A stretch of DNA of 64,000 nucleotides from NCBI GenBank assembly GCA_038087875.1, contig JAXLNO010000831.1:124001-188000 (forward strand), read 5' to 3'. The position numbers and the translations under genes were made by a program. Source of the stretch: Malacoraja senta (taxonomy: Eukaryota). This document shows, piece by piece, positions 39,600 to 51,850 of this stretch. Numbering within the stretch: the stretch's first letter is position 1; the number at the start of each line of letters is the position of its first letter. The notes under the pieces are model-generated. The model searched no databases and was not told where the DNA came from. It was given only the letters and a program-made list of their open reading frames with translations.

Positions 39600-40500
39600 A
39601 GTCAAGAGAGTTTTATTGTCATGTGTCCCAGATAGGACAATGAATTCTTGCTTGCTGCAGCACAACAGAATATGTAAACATAATACAGAGATAAAAGTTC
39701 AGTGTGTCTATATACCATAGACCATATATATACACAATAAATAAACATATAAAGTGCAATAGGCTGTTATTGTTCAGAGTTTGTTTGATATCGTGTTTAA
39801 TAGCCTGATGGCTGTGGGGAAGAAGCTGTTCTTGAACCTGGATGTTCCAGATTTCAAGCTCCTGTGCCTTCTTCCCGATGGCAATGGAGAGATGAGTGTG
39901 TGGTCAGGATGGTGTGGGTCTTTGATGATGTTGACAGCCATTTTGAGGCAGCGACTGCGATGGATCCCTTCGATGGAAGGGAGGTCAGAGCCGAAGATGG
40001 ACTGAGCAGTGTTTACAACTTTCTTCATTCTTTTCCGCTCCTGGACGATCAAGTTGCTGAACCAAGCCACGATGCAACCAGTCAGCATGCTCTCTACTGT
40101 GCACGTGTAGAAGTCCGAGAGAGACCTCCTTGACATACCGACTCTCCGTAATCTTCTCAGGAAGTAGAGGCGCTGCTGTGCCTTTTTTATGATTGCATCA
40201 GTGTGCTGGGACCTGGAAAGATCTTCTGAAATATGCACGTCCAGGAATGTGAAGTTCTTGACCCTTTCCACCATCGTCCCGGGATATAAACGGGATTGTG
40301 GGTTCCTATCCTACCTCTTCTAAAGTCCACAATCAGTTCCTTGGTTTTACTGGTGTTGAGGGCCGGGTTATTGTGCTGGCCGATCTCACTAATATACTCT
40401 GACTCATCACCATCAGTGATTCGTCCCACAACAGTGGTGTCGTCGACGAACTTGATGATGGAGTTCGGACTATGTCTGGCTACGCAGTCATGAGTTTAGA
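39600..40500 (-). mobile_element. Rex1/Babar-type LINE 3' fragment
   Basis: KFVDDTTVVG...KAQQRLYFLRRL...LPSGRRHRSL...RFKNSFFP. Confidence 0.85.
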
Positions 40501-40916
40501 GTGAGTACAGTAGAACAGTTTTCTTATTTTTCAGTCATCAATATTCTCACTAGAATGGGCCATAAAAAAGTACTTCCTGTGGAAAAAGTTCAGTAACTTG
40601 GGGGAAAAAGATTTAAACTAATTGGTCAACTAAATTGTAAAAGACAACGTAAAAAGAATACACATGTGATCCATGAACTAGTTCAAAGAGCTGCCTTGCC
40701 TCAGGCACCATCCACTGAATGCTGCCGAGTGGTGTATTGTGGGATACTTTGTAGGATTGCATGGAATAAAAATATACATCAATCATAATTAATTTAAATG
40801 GCACAGAGGATGCCAGGTTTTATTTACACTCTATTTGTAAACACAGAACAATGCTATACAAGGCAGGATGTACAGGAAGGAACTGCTGATGCTGGTTAAA
40901 ACTCTCCAGTGAGTCC

Positions 40917-41583
40917 CTCAGCACGTACTCCTGCAGTCTGGAATGGACAGATGATGTTTTGGGTCAGACGCTTCTTCAGACTGATTGTAATAGAAAGCTG
41001 AAAAAGAGATGTGGAGCTGGGACAAAGCCTGGCAAGTGATACAGGTGATAAGACACAAAAAGCTGGAGTAACTCAGCGGAACAGGCAACATCTCTGGAGA
41101 GAAGGAATGGGTGATGTTTCGGGTCGAGACCATTCTTCAGACCCTTTGTCACCTTTTCACCTCTAGCCGTTGCCACTTACTCCACCCGTCTATTTATCAA
41201 AATCCGTTCTCTAGTCGCACCAGCTTCTCGTTTTCACCCAACAAATAGCTTACAATGGCCTGTTTCCTTTATCATCGTTACTTTTTTGCATATCTTTCAT
41301 TCATTGTTCTTTATCTCTCTACATTTTCTATATCTCTTGTTTCCCTTATCCCCAACTAGTCTGAAGAAGAATCTCGACCTGAAAAGTCACCCATTCCTTC
41401 TCTCCAGAGATGCTGCCTGTCCCACTGAGTTACTCCAGCTTTTTATGTCTTATCACCTGTATCACTTGCCAGGCTTTGTCCCAGCCCCACATCTCCTTTT
41501 CAGCTTTCTATTACAATCAGTCTGAAGAGGTGTCTGACCCAAAACATCATCTGTCCATTCCAGATTGCAGGAGTACGTGCTGA
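40917..41583. repeat. Inverted repeat with arms of about 225 bp (40917-41142 and 41359-41583)
   Basis: Both arms share the same composite junction (gatacaggtgata|agacac) and each holds two hammerhead-like motifs. Confidence 0.9.
41109..41144 (-). ncRNA. Minimal type I hammerhead ribozyme motif in a Penelope terminal repeat (one of the best-preserved copies, still imperfect)
   Basis: Minus strand reads gggt CTGAAGA a tggtctcgaccc GAAAC ATC accc: 4-bp stem I, intact CUGANGA and GAAA cores; stem II and stem III each carry one substitution. Confidence 0.6.
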
Positions 41584-43183
41584 TGGAGTCACTGAAGCAT
41601 GATGCAGTCAACACCAAGGCTCAGTGGGGGTCTACAGTCTAGGGTCCTTCGTGGCAATATATTGGGGGGCTGCAACTGGTGAAGACGCCCCTCAAACAAG
41701 GGAAGGGCTATTAACCCAGGAGGGCTATATGAGCGGCAAGGGTGCTTGATATAAGGATAGTTTGTGAACACAACCAAAAATAACCGTAATTAATCCATGT
41801 GTGGACACTGAGAATGGCAGAAACGTTGTTTGCCCTGTTCTTGTTTTGTATATATTTCATTATTCTGAATAATGTTTATTTTTGGCGGGGATAAAGTCCC
41901 TCCAGATATTACCTGACCTGCTGAGTCTCTGCAGCCCTTTGTGTTTTGCAGTGAATAGTATATATGATGTGGATGTGAATATTGGTGGTTTGATTAGTAG
42001 GTTTGCAGATGACATGTACATTGAAGAAGGTTGTCTATGGATCCAGTGGGATAGAGATTAGCTAGAGAGCTGGATGGAGCAATAGCAGAAGGAATGTAAT
42101 CCAGACATGTGTGAAGTTGTACGTGTCGGGATGTCATGTTCTGGTAGGACATAAACGGTAAGAACCTGAGGGGTGATAATATACAGAGTGTCCTTGGGTT
42201 GCAAGTTCATAGTTACCTGAAAACGCCGACAAGGGTAGACAGGAAAGCAAAGAATGCACTTTGGCATATTTGTCCACCTAGACATAGAAACATATAAAAA
42301 TTGGTGCAGGAGTAGGCCATTTGGCCCTTCAAGCCAGCACCACCATTCAATATGGTCATGGCTGATCAACCAGAATCAGTACCCTGTTCCTGCTTTCTCC
42401 CCAATCCCTTGATTTCGTTAACCCTAAGAGCTAACTCTCTCTTGAATACATTCAGTGAATTGGTCTCCGCTGCCTTCTGTGACCGAGAATTCTACAGATT
42501 CACAACACTCTAGGTGAAAAGGTTTTCCCCATCTCAATCCTAAATGGCCTACCGCTTATTCGTAAACTGTGACCCCTGGTTCTGGACTCCCCCAACATTG
42601 AGAATATTTTTCCTGCATCTAGTCTGTCAAATCCCTTATTAGTATTCGGTTTCTATCTGATATCCTCTCATCCTTCTGAATTCCAGTGAATATAAGCCCA
42701 GTCGATTCATTCTTTTATTATATGTCAGTCCTGCCATCCTGGGAATTAACCTGGTGAACTTTGCTGCACTCCTTCAATAGCAAGAATGTCCTTCTTCAAA
42801 CTAGGCGACCAAGACTGCACAAAATACTCCAGGTGCAGTCTCACCAGGGCCCTGTATAACTGAATAGACTCTGGCATCAAGTATAAGAGTTGAGAAATCA
42901 AACAAAACATTGGTTAGGCTGCACATGGAGTATTGTGTAGAGTTCTGGTCGCTCCTCTACTAACGTTACTGTGCGGGGATCACTGGTCAGCGTGGGCCGA
43001 AGGGCCTGTTTCTGCAATGTATCTCTAAACTAAAAAGGATGTGATTGCATCAAAAGTAGTGCAGAAGGGTTTTGCCAGGTTGTTGCCTGGAATAGAGGTC
43101 TGGTGTTATGTGAAGAGATTGGATAGGCTGCATTTATTCTCACTAGAATGCAGGAGTGAAATAATGAGGGCTATAGATTGTGT

Positions 43184-43630
43184 CGGAAGGATCTGCAGAT
43201 GCTGGTTTAAACCGAAGAAAGACACAAAAAGCTGGAGTAACTCAGTGGGACAGGCAGCATCACTGGAGAGAAGGAATAGGTGATATTTCGGGTCGAGACC
43301 TTTTCGGGTTGAGTCCCTTCTTCAGGAAGGAACTGCAGATGCTGGTTTACACCGAAGACAGATGTAAAATGCTAGAGTAACTCAGTGGGACAGGCAGCAT
43401 CACTGGAGAGAAGGAATGGGTGACATTTCGGGTCAACATCCTTCTTCAGGAAGGATTAACAGATGCTGGTTTACACCGAAGACAGACATAAAATGCTGGA
43501 GTATCTCAGCAGGACAGGCAGCATCTTTGGAGGGAAGGAATGAGTGATGTTTCTAAACATCATCCATTCCTTCTCTCCATAAATACTGCCTGCCCTGCTG
43601 AGTTACTCCAGTATTTTGTGTCTATCTTTG
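43184..43630. repeat. Three head-to-tail Penelope terminal-repeat units (about 124 nt) followed by an inverted copy
   Basis: Junctions ttcttcag|gaagg at 43325/6 and 43449/50; fold-back begins at about 43556. Confidence 0.85.
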
Positions 43631-44084
43631 GGGTATAGATAGGATAGAGTAATAGTCTCTTTCCCGGGGCAGTGGAGACTAGAACTGGAGATTTAAGGTG
43701 ATAGGAGAGAAATGTCAAGGGGATCTGAGCAGACGTTTCTCACCACAGTAGTTATCTGGAATGAGCTGCAGGGGAGATGGTAGAGGCAGATATAATCACA
43801 ATGTCTATAAAGCATTTGGACTTTTGATAGGAAAGTCAGGGAGGGATAAGGGCGTAATTCATGTAATTGTAGATAAACATCTCGGTCAGCATAGACAAGG
43901 TTGGGCAAATGGGCCTGTTTATATGCTGCATGATTCAGTTAATTTTAAGATTCTTTCTGTGGTTTTCATGTTGCTATCTCTATTAGCCAGAATAAGCACT
44001 GAAAATGGCTCAATCAGTCTACACCAGAGAGAACACTGTGTGAACCAAAGGAAGTGAGATATGTAAAATAGGTTCTTTAGATTT

Positions 44085-44400
44085 TTAATTTAGATACACA
44101 GCGCGGAAACAGGCCTTTCGGCCCACCAAGTCTGCACCGACCAGCGACTAACCCGCACACCAACACTATCCTATGTACACAAGGGACAATTTGACACATG
44201 CATCAAGCCAATTAACCTACATTCCTGCACGTCTTTGGAGTGGGAGGAAATCGAAGATCTCAGCGAAAATCCACGCAGGTCACGGGGAGAACGTACTAAC
44301 TCCATACAGACAGCACCCATAGTCAGGATTGAAACCGGGTCTCTGGCACTGCAAACACTATAAGGCAGCAACTCTACCGCTGTGCCACTGTGCCGCCCTT
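44085..44400 (-). mobile_element. V-SINE (HE1-like)
   Basis: Family match; further copies at about 44770-45035(-), 47260-47480(+) and 58955-59154(+, the last interrupted at its tail by the hAT). Confidence 0.8.
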
Positions 44401-45455
44401 ATTGGTAACTTTGTATGATCTTATTTTGTTAGGATGCAAATTCTATGGGAACGCTTTCTCAAAGAGATAGATAATGATGTAGAAACAACGAACTGCAGAT
44501 GCTGGTTTGTACCAAAGAGAGTCTGTGAGAGTAAACAGTTGAAAAACTAGTCTAGCAGGAAATGTGTGGTATTTGAGTAAGTGTGAATGTGGGGCGATAG
44601 GGGCACTCGCTGACAAAGGGGGATGTGGTGAACAAGTCACCAGGAGGTCATATCAAAGCAGAAGTTAAATGTTACATTGATATTTTTAGTCTGCTCTTGT
44701 TGTACTGGCATGGTGCAATCTGATTTGGACAACTTACTGTATATTGCAGCTGAAGATGATATAGATATATAGCATTGGAACAGGCTCTTCAGCCCACCAA
44801 GTCCACGCTGAACAGCGATCACCGTACAGTAGCAATATCCTATAGACTAGCAACAATTTATCATCTTTACCAAACCCTATTAAACTACAAACTCATCTTT
44901 GGAGTGTGGGAGGAAGCTGGAGCACCCAGGGAAAACCCACAGGTAGAATGTAAAAACTCCATGGTCAGGATTGAACCTGGCGGTCTCTTGAGCTGTAAGG
45001 CAGTAACTCTACCGCTGTTCCACCGTGTCACCCTTTTGTGGGGGATCATGCAGAAGCCTCCTCGTGGCGATCCACGGAACCGACGACACGATGCACTCTG
45101 AGACACGTCGGGCGACCAATTCTGTCAACATGTTGGACGACGACAGAAGCCAACAGTGAGCTACACCTCGTCTGACACACGAGCGAATGAACCCTTGTTA
45201 GACTAATCAACTAAATTGAGAGTGCAGCATAGAGAGTGCAGCACAGAAACAAGCCCTTTGACCCATCAAGTCCATACTAACTATTTTGGGACCTGATCTC
45301 TTTTTATCTTCCTGATATTTCCAATACCTACCCCTAGATTTTACTCTTTAACGACACACGGAGCAATAAATGGTGGCCTGTGAACCAAATAACTGCCGTG
45401 ACTTCCCTTTGTGGGTGGAGTAGCTGAATATCATATTTCCAAATGTTGATCAGTA

Positions 45456-45752
45456 AGGGCGGCACGGTGGGGCAGCGATAGAGTTGCTGCCTTAAAGTGT
45501 CAGAGCCCCGGGTCCGATCCTGACTATGGCTGCTGTCTGTATGGAGTTTGTACATTCTCCCCATGACCAGTGGGTTTTCGCCAAGATCTTCGGTTTCCTC
45601 CCACACTCCAAAGACGTACAGGTTTGTAGGTTAATAGGCTTGATATAAATGTAAATTGTCCTTCGTGTGTAGGATAGTGTTAATGTGCGGGGATCTGTGC
45701 AGACTTGTGCTGAAGGGCCTGTTTCCACACTGTATCTCTAAACTAACCTAAA
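45456..45752 (+). mobile_element. tRNA-derived V-SINE (HE1-like), full length
   Basis: A-box-like ggcacggtgg..cagcg and B-box-like gggtccgatcc head, V-domain-like tctccc..tgggtttt...ggtttcctcccacactcc, CR1-like tail ending in (taaac)n. Confidence 0.85.
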
Positions 45753-46121
45753 ATAATCTAATTAAGCTTGACATTTAGAATCGTGTACAGCATAGAAACA
45801 GGCCCTTCAGCCCAGCTTATCTATGCCAGCCAAGATGCCCCATCTACCCTTGACCCACCTATCTATATTTTAGCTTAGTTTAATTTATTATTAATGTGAC
45901 GTGTACTGTTTTACAGTGAAAATGTTTCTTGTGTGCTATCCAGTCAGTGAAAAGACTACATTACAATGAAGCCGTTCACAATCTATAGATACAGGTTAAA
46001 GGGTATCATGTTTAGTGCAATGTAAATCCAATTGGTGTTTTGCCGATTTCCCTCCAAACCTTTCCTATCCATAGAAATGTCTATTACTTGACAATAATTG
46101 TATTATTTTCTTTGTGTCTAG

Positions 46122-46380
46122 GGCCTCACACACTCCTATTACTACACCCTGAACCACGGGAGTACTCATCTACCAGAATATAGTGTTGTGGGTGTTCTGG
46201 ACGGTTGTGAGATACTGTATTATGACAAAAACATGGTCATTACAGTTCCAAGACAGAAATGGATGGCGGCTGCATTTGACAGGAATTACTGGGTAACAAA
46301 TACGGTCTCTGAAACTGGTTTCCATGGAATCATCAAAGGGCAAGTCGATGAATGGATGCGGCGGCAGAACGAAACAGCAA
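46122..46380 (+). pseudogene. MHC class I alpha-1 domain exon with a frameshift at codon 6
   Basis: Acceptor ttttctttgtgtctag| and donor a|gttagt (phase 1-1). Reads GPHTL-x-YYYTLNHGSTHLPEYSVVGVLDGCEILYYDKNMVITVPRQKWMAAAFDRNYWVTNTVSETGFHGIIKGQVDEWMRRQNETA. Class I hallmarks: H3, Y7, LDG, YYD, PRQxW, YW (59-60), R84, N86 glycan site. Length is 259 nt (261 expected); the spliced frame stops at TAG 46181-46183. Confidence 0.88.
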
Positions 46381-48514
46381 GTTAGTTCATTCATTTCAAT
46401 ACATTTGGAGTGTGATCAATGTTCATAAAAAAACATCTCAAAGAAATTTCTCGCTGTGCCAGAGACCCAGGTTTGATCCCGACTACATGTTCTCCCTGTG
46501 AACACAGATATTTCCTCCAGGTGCTCCGGTTTCGTCCCATATCTTGAAAACGTGAGAGTTTGTAGGTTAATTGGGCTCTGTAAATTACTCTTGTGTGCTG
46601 AGAATGGGTGAGAAAGTGGGATTACATAGATGTGTAGGAAGGAACTGAAGATGCTGGTTTACAGCAAAGATAGGCACAATGTGCTGGAGTAACTCAGCGG
46701 GACAGGCAGCATCTCTGGATACAAGGAATGGATGACTTTTCAGGTCAAGACCCTTCCTCAGACAGTGTTTCCCCTGACTTACTCCAGCATTTTGTGTCCA
46801 TTTTGGGATAACATAGAACTAGTGTGAAAGATGATCGATGGTTGGCATGGAATTGGTGGGCAGAATGGCCCGTTTCCATGCTAAGTCACTAACCTAAGAA
46901 CTGCAGATGCTGCAAATGTGAAATAAAAACCAAAAATGCCATTGTCTGATGGCTTCATTGTCAGTTTATCACCATGGAAACCTGTCATTACCTTATTAGT
47001 GATACCCGCTATGTCCAACCATGCCTCCCACTCCTGTCTGTAACTTACACATTCTCACAATTCTGAAGCATTAATTTTGTTTCTCTTTCCATAGGTTCTG
47101 TTGAACATGCTGTGTGTTCCAGCATTTTACAAATCATTGAAATGTTGGCAGCTTTTTGAATGGTTAAAATCCCTTGCGTACCTCACCAATTGTTTTTACT
47201 TTTATTGACAAATGTTGAAAGAAAAGTTGAGTGAAATATTTAAAGGGTAACGTAAATGGCATTGTGGTTCAGCCATAGTGATACTGCCGTAGTGCCAGAG
47301 ACCCAGGGTTGATCCTGGCCTCAGGTGCTGTCTGTACATAGTTTGTACGTACTCCCCGTGACCTGCGTGGGCTTTCCCCGGGTGCTCCAGTTTCCTCCCA
47401 CACTCCAAGCCTGTATGCCAAAGGGGATCACTGGTCACTGTGGACTCTAAGGGCTGTTTTCGTGCTATATCTCTAAATTATCTTGGGCACCAATTGTAAA
47501 GTAGGCTGTCCAAATCCGTCTGCACCACACTTGTATATCCATATAATTTGCAATTGGACATGTTTTGTATTGTAAATCAATAAGTCCTATCACCATTACT
47601 GTGTTAATTCAATGACATTCGTAGTGTACCATTGAACAAAGCAGGACTAGGCATGAGGGGACCATCGTGAGGTGGGGGTGGGGGGACAAAGGAGGACCTG
47701 GTGTGGGAGACTTTCTAACTTTGTCGGTGCCCTTTATGTGAAGAATCTTGACATACGTTGGGTTTACAAAACAAAGACTTTCACTGTGACTTGTCACATG
47801 TCACTATAAAGTATCATTCATTCATGATTAATTATTTCTGAAAACATTGCTTTTTGTTACCTCTTTGGTTACACATTAAACAAATTATATTATTAATCTT
47901 TAACTGGACTAAAACAGGGTGAGGGTACAAACAGGGAACAATACATCAAAATATTATGCACTGGGCATAATTTCTATCAATTTTCCACATCTTGCAATAT
48001 TTATTATTATTTTCAAATTATATGTGAATACATGTGAATGACGTTTATTACATTATCATCTGATTCATTGAACCATGTTTATTGAATCATATTGCCTTCA
48101 AAAATGTTTTTTATATTTGCATTATTTATGGTGCACATATTATCTGCAACATTGTTATGTTTATGAGATTGATGAGCATATTGTCGGGGCTCAAGGGTGT
48201 GAACAAGAGGGAGAGATTGGGCAAGCCAGGGCTTTATTCCATGGAGCACAGGAGGCTGAGGGGTGATCATATAGGGGTGCTTAAAATCATGAGGGGAATT
48301 GATTGAGTGTATGCCCAGAGCCTTTTACCCAGAGAAGGAGAATAAAATAACCAGAGGACATGGGTTTAATGTGAGAGGGGGAAGATTTAATTGGAACTTG
48401 GGACAATCTTTGTGCTCAGAGAGTGGTCAGCATATGGAATGACCTGCCAGAGAATGGAGTTGCGGCAGGTACAATAACAATATTTAAAAGACACATGGAC
48501 AGGGACATGCATAG

Positions 48515-48992
48515 GTAGATAAAAGTCCTGGAGAAACTCAGCGGGTGAGGCAGCATCTATGGAGCGAAGAAAATAGGCAACGTTTTGGGTCGAAAACCCT
48601 TCTTCAGACTGATGTGAGGGTGGGGGGAGTGGGGCCGGTGGGGGGGGGCAGGAAGAAGAAAGGAAGAGGTGGAGCCAGTGGGCTGAGGGAGAGCTGAGAA
48701 GGGGAGGAGAAAATAAGGACTACCTGAAATTTGGGAAGTCAATGTTCATACCGCTAGGGTGCAAACCGCCCAAGCGAAATATGAGGTGCTGCTCCTCCAA
48801 TTTACGGTGGTCCTCACTCTGGCCATGGAGGAGTCCGAGGGCAGAAAGGTCGGATTTGGAATGGGAGGGGGGAGTTGAAGTGCTGATCCACCGGGAGATC
48901 AGGTTGGTTGTTGCGAACCGAGCGGAGGCGTTCGGCGAAACGATCGCCAAGCCTGCGCTTGGTCTCACCGATGTAGAGCAGCTGACATCTAG
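48515..48992 (-). mobile_element. Penelope-like GIY-YIG fragment with terminal repeat
   Basis: SDLSALGLLHGQSEDHRKLEEQHLIFRLGGLHPSGMNIDF. Confidence 0.85.
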
Positions 48993-49904
48993 AGAGAAAC
49001 GTTTTGAATGATGTCTACCCATTGCAGGGTAAATGGGACTAGCTTAAATGGGGTATCTTGATTAGCTTGGACAAGTTGGGCCAAAGGGCTTGTTTCCCTG
49101 CTGTGTGACTCTCTATGACTGCTTTATAGCAAAGAGCGCTGCTGCCTCACAGCTCCAGTGATCCGGGTTCAATCATCTCCAGTGCAGTCTGTGTGGAGTA
49201 TAAGCATTCTCCCTGTGACAATGTTTGTTCTCCAGTTTCCTCCCACATACCAAAATGTGCTGAATTAGTAGATTAAGCCACCGCTGCAAATAGGTGGATT
49301 TGTGGCATTGATAGAAATGAGAAAGATCCGTTTTGGGGGAAATTAGTGTTGGAATGGTTTTGTTCTCTGGGCTAGAGTGGGCTCAGGAGGCTGAAAGGCC
49401 TCTTTCTCTGTCACATGGAATTATGGGCAGTTATTTATCCTTGAACTGCCTTCTTTCTCATTTTAGTCAACAGTGTAAAATTGAAGTAATTGACTGGATT
49501 GAACTATTTAACAATTGTAGATGAAAGGAAGAGCAGAGGTTGCTTTCCTCCACACACAAAGTGCTGAGGAACTCAACGGGTCAAGCGGCATCTTTGGAGA
49601 ACATGGGAAGGCAGATATTTCGGGTGAGGATCCTACTTCAGACTGAAGTTGGGTCACGTTAGAACATGCTTTGTACTCACACTCGCAGTCCAGTGTTAGT
49701 TTTCAAGTTTTTTTTGTTATTCACAGCTTGTAGTTGTTACATATTCAGCAGAGAGAAGATGAGACAAACTAAAGCACCTGCAAAACACAACTAAAAGACC
49801 GCAGAAAGAAGCTTGAAAAGAAGGCTCTTATCTAAACAACGTACTTTCAAGAGAATTAGATTTAGCTCTTAAGGCTACAGGAATCAAGGGATATGGGGGA
49901 AAAG

Positions 49905-51375
49905 ATTAGTTAAAACAAATGTAGGTCCCTTGCAGTCAGAAACAGGGGAATTGATCATGGGGAACAAGGCCATGGCAGACCAATTGAATAACTACTTTGG
50001 TTCTGTCTTCACTAAGGAAGACTTAATTAACTGCCGGAAATAGCAGGGGGCCGGAGGTCAAATGAGATGGAGGAACTGAGTGAAATCCAGGTTAGCCAGG
50101 AAGTGGTGTTAGGTAAATTGAATGGATTAAAGGCTGATAAATACCCAGGGCCAGATAGGCTGCATCCCGGAGTACTTAAGGAAGTAGCCCCAGAAATAGT
50201 GGAAGCATTAGTGATAATTAGGGAGAGAGAAAACGGGGAATTACAGACCAGTTGGTCTAACGTCAGTAGTGGGGAAACTGCTAGAGTCATTTATTAAAGA
50301 TGGGATAGCAGCACATTAGGACAATGGTGAAATCATTGGACAAAGTCAGCATGGATTTATGAAAGGTAAATCATGTCTGACGAATCTTATAGAATTTTTC
50401 GAGGATGTAACTAGTAGAGTGGATAAGGGAGAACCAGTGGATGTGTTATATCTGGACTTTCAGAAGACTTTCGACAAGGTCCCACATAAGAGATTAATAT
50501 ACAAACTTAAAGCACACGGTTATGGGGGTTCAGTATTGATGTGGATAGAGAACTGGCTGGCAGACAGGAAGCAAAGAGTAGGAGTAAACTGGTCCTTTTC
50601 AGAATGGCAGGCAGTGACTAGTGGGGTACCGCAAGGCTCAGTGCTGGGACCCCAGCTATTTACAATATATATTAATGATTTGGACGAGGGAATTGAATGC
50701 AACATCTCCAAGTTTGCGGATGACACGAAGCTGGGGGGCAGTGTTAGCTGTGAGGAGGGTGCTAGGAGGCTGCAAGGTGACTTGGATAGGCTGGGTGAGT
50801 GGGCAAATGCATGGCAGGTGCAGTATAATGTGGATAAATGTGTGGTTATCCACTTTGGTGGCAAAAACAGGAAAGTAGACTATTACCTGAATGGTGGCCG
50901 ATTAGGAAAAGGGGAGATGCAACAAGACCTGGCTGTCATGGTACACCAGTCATTGAAAGTAGGCATGCAGGTGCAGCAGGCAGTGAAGAAAGCGAATGGT
51001 ATGTTAGCATTCATAGCAAAAGGATTTGAGTATAGGAGCAGGGAGGTTCTACTGCAGTTGTTCAGGGTCTTGGTGAGACCACACCTGGAGTATTGCCTAC
51101 AGTTTTGGTCTCCTAATCTGAGGAAGGACATTCTTGCCATAGAGGGAGCACAGAGAAGGTTCACCAGACTGATGCCTGGGATGTCAGGACTTTCATATGA
51201 AGAAAGACTGGATAGACTCGGCTTGTACTCGCTAGAATTTAGAAGATTGAGGGGGGATCTTATAGAAACTTACAAAATTCTTAAGGGGTTGGACAGGCTA
51301 GATGCAGGAAGATTGTTCCCGATGTTGGGGAAGTCCAGAACAAGGGGTCACAGTTTAAGGATAAAGGGGAAATCT
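49905..51375 (+). mobile_element. CR1 LINE RT fragment
   Basis: KGKSCLTNL...YLDFQKTFDKVPH...SGVPQGSVLGP...KFADDTKL; about 340 open codons, 3' end lost. Confidence 0.92.
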
Positions 51376-51850
51376 TTTCAAGCTGCTTTCTGCAGTCTCT
51401 CAGTTGTTCTGCAGATCCTTTACATTCTCTCGTCTTCGTGTTTTCAAGAAACACCACAAATAGCCGAATGTATACTAATTATAGAAAGATAGAAAAATAG
51501 GCACAGGAGTAGGCCATTCGGCCATTTGAGCCAGCACCGCCATTCAATATTATCATGCCTGCATCTAGAATCAGTACCCCATTCCTGCATTTAGGGCCAT
51601 GCTCCTCAGGGGGAGGGGGGGTGTCGTGGCTGTGACGGTGGGTGTCGAGGAGAGGCGTGTACATGGAGCGATTCCGGACGAGCTTACCCCCGCTCAGTCA
51701 GAATTGTTCATAGGGCCCACATCGACCGCCTGCTCTTTTTTTTTTTTTTTCCGTAAATGTTTTTTTTTTAATTAGATTTTTAAACAAATGTACAATTTAC
51801 AAGGAAGGGTAGAAAGCTCACACAATTTAAAAAACATTTACACAAAATTA

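Noticed and set aside
45055-45185. Short CpG-rich patch about 1 kb upstream of alpha-1
   Set aside because: No convincing splice sites, motif or second copy; probably a fragment of an unrecognised repeat.
47070-47130. Polypyrimidine tract plus AG (ttctctttccatag|gttctg) as the MHC alpha-2 acceptor
   Set aside because: Downstream sequence has no HTxQxxxGC motif and matches a decayed Penelope-repeat-like sequence.
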